A stretch of DNA of 64,000 bases from contig PLZO01000022.1 of the NCBI GenBank assembly GCA_003152165.1, positions 2,362 to 66,361 on the forward strand, read 5' to 3'. Below, in pieces: positions 9,462-17,884 of the stretch. This DNA is from Chloroflexota bacterium. Lineage in GTDB: Bacteria; Chloroflexota; Limnocylindria; Limnocylindrales; CSP1-4. A model generated the notes under the pieces. It saw nothing but the letters and a program-made list of their open reading frames with translations, made no database searches and was not told where the DNA came from. The translations under genes and the position numbers were made by a program. Within the stretch, counting starts at the first letter, position 1, and every line of letters starts with the position of its first letter.

Positions 9462-10208
9462 GTGTCACCTGAATTCCTGAGACGCAAGAGCTCGGCCGCC
9501 AAGCGCGCCGCGAGCGAGGCCGTTGGGTCGCCACCGTTGTCCGGGGACATCACGGCCCAGGAGTACCAGCTGAAGCTGTACTATGCGGGCAAGAGCAGCG
9601 CGGGAGTCCGGTTCAAGGCGGGCCCACGGACGATCGACGAGATCCCGACGATGCTGGCAGGGATTGCCACCAGCGACGTCGAGCTGGTCGAGCCATTGCC
9701 TCTCGAGTTCAGCCAGGCGACCCCATCGATCGCCCATCCTTCCGAAGCGATGCAATGGCTCAACGCTCACCACGCCAGCTCGCCGATCACCCGGCACGCC
9801 CTCGTCGTGCTCGAGTCGATCGACGCGATCGACCTGGCCTTCGACGCGTTCGCCTGCGGTCTCCTCGCCGGCGAGACGGACACCTCGGGCTATCCGGAGT
9901 ACAGCGCGATCGTTGGCGGCGTTGCCTCGCACTGGGACGAGTCGAACGGCGACCTCGTCCTCCGGGCGGTCGTCGGATGGGGCGGCCGGGGCGTTCGCGG
10001 CGACACAGACCGGACGGGCACCCGGATCCTCGGTGGCCTCCTGACGAACATCCTGGCGAACCAGTTTTCGATGGGCCTCACTGCGCTCGAGCGGCAGCTG
10101 CCGGCAGCCGGCCGGGGTGGCCTGGTTTGCGCCCATTGTGGCTTTGCATCCGCCCATGAGCGCGCCTTCTACTGCCCAAAGTGCGGCATGCGGCTCCTGC
10201 GCGGCTGA
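9462..10208 (+). CDS. Hypothetical protein with a C-terminal zinc ribbon (CAHCG…CPKCG)
   Basis: GTG start with RBS ggggag upstream. 248 aa with no recognisable catalytic domain and a C-terminal CxxC…CxxC. Confidence 0.55.
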   Translation: MSPEFLRRKSSAAKRAASEAVGSPPLSGDITAQEYQLKLYYAGKSSAGVRFKAGPRTIDEIPTMLAGIATSDVELVEPLPLEFSQATPSIAHPSEAMQWLNAHHASSPITRHALVVLESIDAIDLAFDAFACGLLAGETDTSGYPEYSAIVGGVASHWDESNGDLVLRAVVGWGGRGVRGDTDRTGTRILGGLLTNILANQFSMGLTALERQLPAAGRGGLVCAHCGFASAHERAFYCPKCGMRLLRG

Positions 10209-10217
10209 TCTCCACTG

Positions 10218-10601
10218 ATGCCCACCTACGACTACATCTGCTCGAATTGCGGCAAGACGACCGAGGTCATCCATTCGATCAATGGCAGCCCACCGAGCAC
10301 CTGCCCAGCCTGTGGGGTTGAGGGGACCCTGACCAAGGCGTTCAACCCTCCCACCATCCATTTCAAGGGCTCCGGTTGGGCGAAGAAGGATCGCAGCGGG
10401 GGCCGACCGAAGCCGGCCAAGTCGGCCGAGTCGACCGACTCGACCCAGTCCGGGCCAGCCGAGGGCCCCGGCCCGGACGGTGGAAACTCGCCTGATTCGA
10501 ACAATGGGCGGAAGGATGGGCGCGCCGCCGAGGCCAAGCCCGGACCCGTGGCGGCGAAGCCCGACGCGACCGCTTCATCGCCTACGGCCCCGGGCGACTG
10601 A
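10218..10601 (+). CDS. FmdB-family zinc-ribbon protein
   Basis: N-terminus MPTYDYICSNCGKTTEV…CPACG is the FmdB/putative-regulatory zinc-ribbon signature, followed by a low-complexity tail. Confidence 0.75.
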   Translation: MPTYDYICSNCGKTTEVIHSINGSPPSTCPACGVEGTLTKAFNPPTIHFKGSGWAKKDRSGGRPKPAKSAESTDSTQSGPAEGPGPDGGNSPDSNNGRKDGRAAEAKPGPVAAKPDATASSPTAPGD

Positions 10602-10603
10602 TC

Positions 10604-10837
10604 GTGGCTGCGCCATCGGACTGGATCACCCTGGCCGCGGCGGCCGAGATCCTGGCTGCCGCCAACATCCGGTTTCGGCCCGAGACGATCGGTCGCTGGG
10701 CGCGCACGGGACGGCTTCAGAGCATCAAGCTTGGCGGGCGCCGCTTCGTGCGGCGGGGACAGGTCCGAGCGTTGGTGGCGGCGCCTCGCCACGTCCGTGC
10801 CGGAGACCTCCAGCCGGGGCTCTTCGAGGAGCTCTAG
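10604..10837 (+). CDS. Small HTH DNA-binding protein (excisionase/MerR-like HTH_17 type)
   Basis: 77 aa; ITLAAAAEILAAANIRFRPETIGRWARTGRLQSIKLGGRRFV matches the excisionase-family DNA-binding domain. Confidence 0.6.
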   Translation: MAAPSDWITLAAAAEILAAANIRFRPETIGRWARTGRLQSIKLGGRRFVRRGQVRALVAAPRHVRAGDLQPGLFEEL

Positions 10838-10898
10838 GATCAGCCTCCTCTAGCCCGAGGCCCCCGAGGGGCCCGAGCCGCCCGAACGATTTCGCGGG

Positions 10899-11817
10899 TT
10901 GTCGTCTGCATGGAACCGCTTTCTGGAGGGGCGCCTTCCAGACCGGACCACGGCGGTCCTGGATGCCTACGGCCGGATCGGCCGTGGGATCCTGGCCGAC
11001 GGGCTCGCCGACAACGCACTCTTCGCGCTGCTGCCCGCCCTGCTCCTCGTGGTGGCGGTAGGTGGCTTCGTCGTGCACGACCCGGCCCGCTAGGCGCAGA
11101 TCGTGGACGCGATTGCCGCCGATCTCCCGCCGCTCAATGACCTCCTCAGCCGGACGCTTCAGGTGATGGCCGCTGGGGCGGCTGAAGTTTCGATCGTTGG
11201 CCTGGTCACCCTGACCTGGGGCGCGAGTCGATTTGCCCGGGCGCTCGATACCAGCTTTGGCCGGGTGTTCAACCGGACTGCCAGGCGGGGCATCGTCCGC
11301 CGGTCGTTGGTGGGCGTAGCCTCGGTCGTTGTCCTGATCGTGGCCGTCGTGGTCGCGCTGGGACTGGCGTCGATCGCTTCGGTCGTGACCAGCGGCCTCG
11401 GGCGATCCCACGGCCGAAGCCGATCTTGGCCGCCTCGGCTTGCTCAACCCACTGGCAACCGCCCTGCCCGCGTTGGTTGGTGTGGCGGCCGTCTATCGGT
11501 TCGTGCCGGCCCACCATCCACGCTGGCGGGCGATCCGGCTGCCGGCCCTCGTTGTTGGCGTAGCGGCGGCCTTGTTCACCCAGGTGTTTGCGTTCGTCGC
11601 GCCAAGGTTGATCGGGATCGCTGTCCTGTACGGTGCCATCGCAGCCGTGTTTGCTGTGCTCGCCTGGCTGTCGATCGTGGCGCAGCTGCTCCTGATCGGG
11701 CTCGTCTGGGTCCGCTTTCGCGAAGAAGGCTGGCCGGAGCGGGGGCCCAGCCAGGCCGGCCGATCAGCTTTGGCGCGATCCGCACCGGCGGCAGAAGCGG
11801 GCCGTCGCCGACAGTGA
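10899..11817 (+). pseudogene. yihY: YihY/BrkB-family membrane protein gene, disrupted by an in-frame TAG and a frameshift
   Basis: YihY-like sequence runs in frame 3 up to a TAG at 11091-11093, resumes in the same frame (LTWGASRFARALDTSFGRVFN…), then turns to nonsense near 11395. The YihY C-terminal TM region continues in frame 1 (11440-11817). Confidence 0.5.
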
Positions 11818-13155
11818 CAGACCACAGCTGACGCACGACTGGATCCCGCCCTGGACGGCTGTCTGGCCGGGCAAACCCACGACCTCCTGGGCCGAGGCAG
11901 CCCACAGGCCAGCATCCCGGGTCCCGGGGGCGACATCGCCCGACGCCCAGAACGCGGGAATGCTCAGGTCCACGCCCGGCCGGAGTGGTGCGGGCCACTG
12001 CGGAGCCACGCCGGGCGATCGAGCCGACCCGACGATGGCCTGAACCTGGACCGACGGCCCTGGGGCTGACTGGATCGCGGGCGACTGGCTGGCGGGCGGT
12101 GGGACGAGGGGCTGGCCATTCGTGGACGGACGCTGCGGGATCGCCCAGAGCGGTCTCTCGATCCGGTCGGCGGCCGCCTCGCCAGGTTTCGGCTGGGGCA
12201 GGAGCGGCTCGGCCGCCGGCTCGGCGGGTTCGGACGGCTCGGGTTCGGGTGGAGCCGCGGAAATCCTGTCGGCCTCGGCTGGCAGCTCGGGCACCACCTC
12301 GGCGACGGGGGCAGGTCGAGCCTTCGGTCCAGACTCGCCGATCGGTGCCTGGACCCGGAACCGGCCGAGCAGTCGGGTGGTCCGCGCGGCCAGCTCGTCG
12401 GCCCGGGCGTCCAGGGTGGGTTCTGCGATGGACGCCGGTTCGGGGATTGGAGCGTAGCCGGTAAACGGCTGGGTCCAGAAATTGGCTGGGAGGCCGTTTC
12501 CGGGAGCGGTGGCGGCTGGGTCCCCGGCCCGCGACTCGACGGCTGCCTGCGACTGGGGCTCAACGACCGCCTCTGGCTGCCCTTCGACGATCGGTTCGGC
12601 GCGTGGCTCCGGTGTTGGCTCGACGATGGGTTCAGCCCCGGTGGTCCGGAAGAGGTCAATTGTCGGCCAGGCGGAGCCGACCACCGTCGGCGCTGGCTCT
12701 TGCAGCGAGGCGTGGCCGTTGCCGTTCGCAAGCTGGGCCGCGGGCGCGTCCGTGTCGAAGTGCTGACTGATCAATGGCGCCATGCCGCCGCCGGCGAGCA
12801 GGTCGTCGAGGGGCGACCGGAGCGGTCCGGCGCCGGTTGAGAGCGGGGCGCAGCTCAGGCAGCGACCCTTGGCCTCGTTCCAGCAGTTGGAGCAGGTGTA
12901 CTGCCTGCAAGCCATGCAGAATTGGAACGTCTGGTGGAACGCGTCAAGCTGCCCGCCGCTGACCTCGCGCTGTTCACCGGAGCGTGCCTCCGCGAGCGCC
13001 TCGTCAAGCGATGCGTCGTCGCTCAGGACGTAGTTCTTCAGGCCTTTCGAGAGGACCTTGAGCTTGCCGATGCGGCGCTTCTTCCGAATGGCCGCCTCAA
13101 ACGTGTAGCGAGTGCCACACCGTTCACAGAACGACTCGGTCAGGATCTCGGTCAT
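11764..13155 (-). CDS. Proline/alanine-rich protein with two N-terminal zinc ribbons and one C-terminal zinc ribbon
   Basis: I place the start at the ATG at 13155 (MTEILTESFCERCG…CMACRQYTCSNC…CLSC). This is followed by a ~300-aa Pro-rich low-complexity region and a C-terminal CVSCG…CRRCG. Confidence 0.55.
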   Translation of the reverse strand: MTEILTESFCERCGTRYTFEAAIRKKRRIGKLKVLSKGLKNYVLSDDASLDEALAEARSGEQREVSGGQLDAFHQTFQFCMACRQYTCSNCWNEAKGRCLSCAPLSTGAGPLRSPLDDLLAGGGMAPLISQHFDTDAPAAQLANGNGHASLQEPAPTVVGSAWPTIDLFRTTGAEPIVEPTPEPRAEPIVEGQPEAVVEPQSQAAVESRAGDPAATAPGNGLPANFWTQPFTGYAPIPEPASIAEPTLDARADELAARTTRLLGRFRVQAPIGESGPKARPAPVAEVVPELPAEADRISAAPPEPEPSEPAEPAAEPLLPQPKPGEAAADRIERPLWAIPQRPSTNGQPLVPPPASQSPAIQSAPGPSVQVQAIVGSARSPGVAPQWPAPLRPGVDLSIPAFWASGDVAPGTRDAGLWAASAQEVVGLPGQTAVQGGIQSCVSCGLSLSATARFCRRCGSRQS

Positions 13156-13375
13156 GCGACTTCCACGCGTGGGACACGGCCCCGGGGTATCGCGCTCCCG
13201 GAGCGGGGCGGAAGTATAGCGCAGGGGTCCCGCCGGACCTTGAGCCGCTGGTACCGCAGCCAGGCTTCCGATGGTACCCCTGGCCGGCCCGTCCGCACGA
13301 CCAGCCGCCATGGCCCGCTGGATTCAGTGCCTCCGGTTGCCTGCTAGACTCCGGCCGATCATGCAGCCGATCGCC

Positions 13376-14122
13376 ATGGTGGAGCGATTCCTCGAGCGTT
13401 TGCTCGAGCGTCCTACAGCTCGTCTCTTCCGCTCGCCGCTCCAGCCGATCCAGATCCAACGCCGGATCGAGCGAGCGATGGAGAACGAGCGCCATGTGCT
13501 CAACTCGCGGACTCGAGTGCCGGATCGGTATCGGGTGCACCTGGCGCCTGCCGATGTTGCCGCCTTGGGGTCCCGGGCGCCGCAACTCGCCGCGGATCTG
13601 GCCGACGCAGCCCTCGCCTTTGCTCGCAGCCACGGCTACGCCCTCGACCAGGCACCGACGGTTGAGCTGCTGCTCGATCGATCAGCGGCCGCCGGCGAAG
13701 TCCGGGTTGAGGCCGATCGGGTCGACATCCGACCCGGGCCGTCCGAGGAAGGGCATGGTGCGCCCACTGGCCGCAATGAGTTGACCAACACCCAGGCCTT
13801 CGAGATCCAACCCGTTGCTGCTCCCGCGGCCACGCTCCTCGAGCAGCGGTCCGACGGGACCGGGCGGCGGCTGGTACTCGACGGTGGGCCGCTCACGATT
13901 GGGCGGGCCGCCGACAACGACCTCGTCCTTGACGACCGCCGAGTGTCGCGTCACCACGCTCGCCTCCAGGCCCGCAGGGGGATGCTGGTCCTGACCGACC
14001 TCGGCAGCGCCAACGGCTCGAGGGTCAATGGGGTGGCTGTGTCGGAAGCGGCGCTGGGGGCAGGCGATCGAATTGAAATCGGCACGAGCGTCTTCCTGAT
14101 CGAAGCCGTCTTGCCCGGTTGA
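13376..14122 (+). CDS. fhaA: FhaA-like protein (DUF3662 + C-terminal FHA domain)
   Basis: N-terminus MVERFLERLLE…; C-terminal FHA motifs (GRAADNDLVLDD, SRHHARL, ANGSRVNG). It lies immediately upstream of the fhaB-rodA-pbpA genes. Confidence 0.8.
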   Translation: MVERFLERLLERPTARLFRSPLQPIQIQRRIERAMENERHVLNSRTRVPDRYRVHLAPADVAALGSRAPQLAADLADAALAFARSHGYALDQAPTVELLLDRSAAAGEVRVEADRVDIRPGPSEEGHGAPTGRNELTNTQAFEIQPVAAPAATLLEQRSDGTGRRLVLDGGPLTIGRAADNDLVLDDRRVSRHHARLQARRGMLVLTDLGSANGSRVNGVAVSEAALGAGDRIEIGTSVFLIEAVLPG

Positions 14123-14559
14123 TGGATCCGTATGTCGTGGCGATCTGGATCGTCCGGATTGCCTTTCTCGGCGGCCTGTACCTGTTCATGTTCGGCGTCG
14201 CCCGACTGCTGCTGCGCGACCTCCGGGCTGCGGCCCGAGACCCAGGTGGGGCGCTCGCCCGCCTGGTGGTCGTGTGGTCCGATGTCAGTGAGCCCCCCCG
14301 CGGAACCGTGTTCGGCCTGGATGCGGTGGCCACAATCGGCCGGGATGTGAACAACTCGATCGTGGTCGAGGATGACTTTGCCTCGGCGGAGCATGCCGCC
14401 CTCGCTTTTCGCGGCCGGGCCTGGTACGTCGAGGATCTCGGTAGCACAAACGGGACGTTCGTCAACGGGCTGCGCACCGACGGATTGAGCGCCATCACCT
14501 ACGGTGACGAGCTGCAGGTGGGCCGGGTTCGCTTCCGCTTCGAGCGGTCTCGACGATGA
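14119..14559 (+). CDS. fhaB: FhaB/FipA-like membrane-anchored FHA-domain protein
   Basis: N-terminal TM segment, then FHA motifs (TIGRDVNNSIVVED…STNGTFVNG). Confidence 0.8.
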   Translation: MMDPYVVAIWIVRIAFLGGLYLFMFGVARLLLRDLRAAARDPGGALARLVVVWSDVSEPPRGTVFGLDAVATIGRDVNNSIVVEDDFASAEHAALAFRGRAWYVEDLGSTNGTFVNGLRTDGLSAITYGDELQVGRVRFRFERSRR

Positions 14560-16001
14560 CCGCCTCGGCCGGCACCCGGACTCGTCCGGCGGTGGCTGCG
14601 ATCCGACCCCGCGCCCGCCGGCGTGAGTCCGGCCTGCTGATCATCGTTGCCCTGGTGCTCCTCCTCGGGAGCGTGTCACTTGGCGCGACTCAGCGGGAGC
14701 TGGCGGGCCAGAAGGTCACCTGGCTGCCGGCTGACGCGGGTCAGCTCGTCGTCTACCTCACCGCGCTCTTCGGCGCGCACCTCGCCCTGGTCCTGGCCGG
14801 CCGACGCTCCGACCAGGTGCTCCTGCCCACGATCGGGCTGCTCGCGGGCATCAGTCTGCTGTTGATGGAGCGGCTGCCCCAGTCGCTCGTGACCCAATCG
14901 CTGGCCGGGCGCACGTTCGGACTGGCCTCGATCCAGCTCGGCTGGCTGCTGCTGGCGCTGGCCGTGATCACGATCGTCGCGCTCGCCGTCCGCTCCGATG
15001 CCTGGCTGCGGCGTTACAAATACACCTGGGCCGCGGCTGGGATCTCCTTGCTGCTGCTGACTTTCCTGTTCGGCAACGAGGTGAACGGCGCGCTCCTGAC
15101 GATCCAGATCGGACCACTGAGTGGCCAGCCGACCGAGCTGATCAAGGTAATCCTGGTCATCTTCCTGGCCGGCTACCTGTCGGAATTCCGGCCGTTGCTG
15201 GTCGAGGCGAGCATGCGCCTGGGTCCGCTGCAACTGCCGCCCTTGCCCTATCTGCTGCCGATGTTGGCGATGTGGGCGATGGCCCTCGGGATCGTCGTGA
15301 TCCAGCGCGACCTGGGCGCCGCTCTGCTCTTCTTCGCGGTCTTCCTGGCCCTCGTCTATATCGCGACGGCTCGGGCCAGCTACGTCGTCGTCGGCCTGAT
15401 CCTGTTCGCGGCCGGGAGTGTCGTCGCCTACCAGCTCTTCGGCACCGTCCGCGACCGGGTGGACATCTGGATCAATCCGTTCGCGGACGCCAGCGGCAAG
15501 GGTTACCAGGTGGTCCAGTCGCTGTACGCCTTCGCCCGCGGCGGGATCATCGGCACCGGGTTGGGCGCCGGTCTGCCCCTGGTGGGCGGCCGCCTGCCGA
15601 TCCCGGCGATCCACACCGATTTCCCGTTCGCCGCGCTCGGCGAGGAGCTTGGCCTGATCGGCGTGGTCGCGATCCTGGGCCTCTATCTGATCGTGATCGA
15701 GCGGGGCCTGCGGGTTGCCGCCTCAGCGGCCGACGACTTCCGCTCGCTGCTCGCGGCCGGCTTGACCCTGGTCGTAGGTGTCCAGGCGTTCATCATCGCG
15801 GCGGGTAACCTCAAGCTCATCCCGCTGACTGGGGTCACCCTGCCGTTCATCAGCTACGGCGGCTCGTCGCTGCTCGCCAACGGCGTCGTGATCGGCCTGC
15901 TCCTCGCCCTGTCCGATCGCGGGGTGGAGCCCCCACCGCCCGCACCTGCCGGCCGGCGTCGCTTCGCATTCCTGCGTGGATCGCGGCAGGAGGCAGGATG
16001 A
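14556..16001 (+). CDS. rodA: SEDS-family peptidoglycan glycosyltransferase (RodA/FtsW)
   Basis: Polytopic protein with conserved SEDS C-terminal motifs (…DFPFAALGEELG…TLPFISYGGSS…). Confidence 0.85.
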   Translation: MTASAGTRTRPAVAAIRPRARRRESGLLIIVALVLLLGSVSLGATQRELAGQKVTWLPADAGQLVVYLTALFGAHLALVLAGRRSDQVLLPTIGLLAGISLLLMERLPQSLVTQSLAGRTFGLASIQLGWLLLALAVITIVALAVRSDAWLRRYKYTWAAAGISLLLLTFLFGNEVNGALLTIQIGPLSGQPTELIKVILVIFLAGYLSEFRPLLVEASMRLGPLQLPPLPYLLPMLAMWAMALGIVVIQRDLGAALLFFAVFLALVYIATARASYVVVGLILFAAGSVVAYQLFGTVRDRVDIWINPFADASGKGYQVVQSLYAFARGGIIGTGLGAGLPLVGGRLPIPAIHTDFPFAALGEELGLIGVVAILGLYLIVIERGLRVAASAADDFRSLLAAGLTLVVGVQAFIIAAGNLKLIPLTGVTLPFISYGGSSLLANGVVIGLLLALSDRGVEPPPPAPAGRRRFAFLRGSRQEAG

Positions 16002-17491
16002 ACACCCTGGATCGGGCGCCGATTGGACGGGGGATCGCCCGAACTGGCCTGATCCTCAGCGTGCTCTTCGGCCTGATCGCCGTCGGCGCGGGCTACTGGC
16101 AGGTGGTTCGCGCATCCGAGCTCAGCCGGGCGGCCGACAACCCGCTGGTCATCGCCGCGGCCCGGGACGTGGTCCGGGGCACGATCGTCGACCGTTCAGG
16201 GGCGATCCTGGCCAGCAACCGGTACGACGCGAACGGCGAACCCTACCGTGTCTACGCCGATCGCTCGCTCGCGCCGCTCATCGGCTACGCTTCGCCGGTA
16301 TATGGGACGGCCGGCCTTGAGCGCGCCGATAACGCTGAACTCACTGGCCTCGGCAGCAACAACTCCCTCGAGGACCTGCTGTACAAGCTGGCCCCCCAGC
16401 GCCGTCAGGGCGCTGACCTGACCCTGAGCCTCTCACTCAAGCTGCAGGAAGCCGCCGTCAAGGCGCTTGGTGCCTACCGCGGGGCTGTGGTCATGCTTGA
16501 CCCGCGGACCGGGCGCGTCCTGGCCATGGCCTCGACGCCCGTCTTCGACGCAAGCGCGATCGCCAACCCGATTACCGCCCAGGCCGCCTTTGCCCGGACC
16601 TCGGCGGCAGCCGGGCAGCCGTTCCTTAACCGGGCGACGATGGGCCGCTACGTGCCCGGCTCCGTATTCAAGATCGTGACCTCGATTGCGGCTCTCGGCT
16701 CGGGTGCGATCAACGCCTCGACGAGCTATCCGCAACAGCCGGCCGCGGAGCAGACGGGCCTGCTCGTATCCGGCTTTCGGATCCATGACGGACATCACGA
16801 TTTCACCGGTTCGCAGGTGCTCGATTACGACCAGGCGATCGAGGTCTCGTGCAACATCTACTTCGCCCTGACCGGCCTGCGCACGGGCGGCGCCGCCCTG
16901 GCCGACTGGGCCGACCGGCTGGGCTTCGGGGCACCAATCCCATTCGACCTGCCGACTGCGACCAGCCAGGTGACGAACGGGGGCGGTTCATTCGGTGGAG
17001 GCTTCAGCGACGATGTGGAGCTCGCGAATGCCGCTTATGGCCAGGCAGAGACCCTGGTCACACCGCTCCAGATGGCCCTCGTCGCCGCCAGTGTGGCCAA
17101 CGGCGGGGTGCTGATGAAGCCCGAGCTCGTCACCGGGATCAGTGGGCCGGCCGGTAACCAGACGATTGGACCAGCGGCCCTGGGGACCGTGATGACCCCG
17201 GCTGTGGCCGGCACGATCGGCAACGCGATGGAGCTCGCCGTGGAGAGCGATTGGGGTCGGATCTTCACAACCGGCGCCGCAATCCCCGGTATCCTCACCG
17301 CCGGCAAGACCGGCACGGCCGAGATCGGCGGCAGCGCCGAGCCGAACTCGTGGTTCATTGGCTATGCCCCGGCCGACAATCCCGAGGTGGCGATTGCAGT
17401 GATCGTTGAGCAGGGTGGCCACGGCTCGGCCCAGGCGGCGCCGATCGCCGGCTCCCTGATGAGCCTGTGGCTCAAGACGCTTAACCCGTGA
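15998..17491 (+). CDS. pbpA: Penicillin-binding protein 2 (class B transpeptidase)
   Basis: PBP dimerisation and transpeptidase domains (SVFKIV…SCN…KTGTAE motifs), downstream of rodA. Confidence 0.85.
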   Translation: MNTLDRAPIGRGIARTGLILSVLFGLIAVGAGYWQVVRASELSRAADNPLVIAAARDVVRGTIVDRSGAILASNRYDANGEPYRVYADRSLAPLIGYASPVYGTAGLERADNAELTGLGSNNSLEDLLYKLAPQRRQGADLTLSLSLKLQEAAVKALGAYRGAVVMLDPRTGRVLAMASTPVFDASAIANPITAQAAFARTSAAAGQPFLNRATMGRYVPGSVFKIVTSIAALGSGAINASTSYPQQPAAEQTGLLVSGFRIHDGHHDFTGSQVLDYDQAIEVSCNIYFALTGLRTGGAALADWADRLGFGAPIPFDLPTATSQVTNGGGSFGGGFSDDVELANAAYGQAETLVTPLQMALVAASVANGGVLMKPELVTGISGPAGNQTIGPAALGTVMTPAVAGTIGNAMELAVESDWGRIFTTGAAIPGILTAGKTGTAEIGGSAEPNSWFIGYAPADNPEVAIAVIVEQGGHGSAQAAPIAGSLMSLWLKTLNP

Positions 17492-17757
17492 GCGGCGACC
17501 GTGGCGGCGCGAGCGCGTCGGGTGGGTCGGAACCGGAGGCGCCGGAACCGGAGGCCCCGGACCGGGGCGACTCGCCCGAGAAGCGGCCGATCCTCGAGCG
17601 GCTGGGCCTGGCCGTCATCGCGCTCGTCCTGGCCGGGCTGTTCGGCGGGATGGCGGTGGCTGCCTTCATCGGTGGTGACCTGTTTCTCGCGGTGATGGGT
17701 GGGATCGGCTGCGGGATGACCCTGTGGGTGGGTGGGCTGACCCTGGTCCGGGGCTGA
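17488..17757 (+). CDS. Small membrane protein (89 aa, two TM helices)
   Basis: Acidic N-terminus followed by two hydrophobic helices. Its start overlaps the pbpA stop. It sits where pstP/pknA/pknB are found in many actinobacteria. Confidence 0.45.
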   Translation: MSGDRGGASASGGSEPEAPEPEAPDRGDSPEKRPILERLGLAVIALVLAGLFGGMAVAAFIGGDLFLAVMGGIGCGMTLWVGGLTLVRG

Positions 17758-17884
17758 CCTCAGACGCGTCCGCAGGGGGGCCCGGATATTAACGGCTCGA
17801 CCACGGCGGATCCTCGCCCGCTGATCCACCGGCGTGACGCTGGGAGGCAGTCGGTCCGGCTGCGTGGCGTCGGGCCGGCCGTGA

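Noticed and set aside
11091-11093. In-frame TAG in yihY as programmed stop-codon read-through or recoding
   Set aside because: A second, independent frameshift lesion about 300 nt downstream makes simple gene decay or assembly error far more likely.
14676-15614. 312-aa minus-strand ORF (Asp/Gln/Arg-rich)
   Set aside because: Antisense to rodA. Composition is implausible for a real protein.
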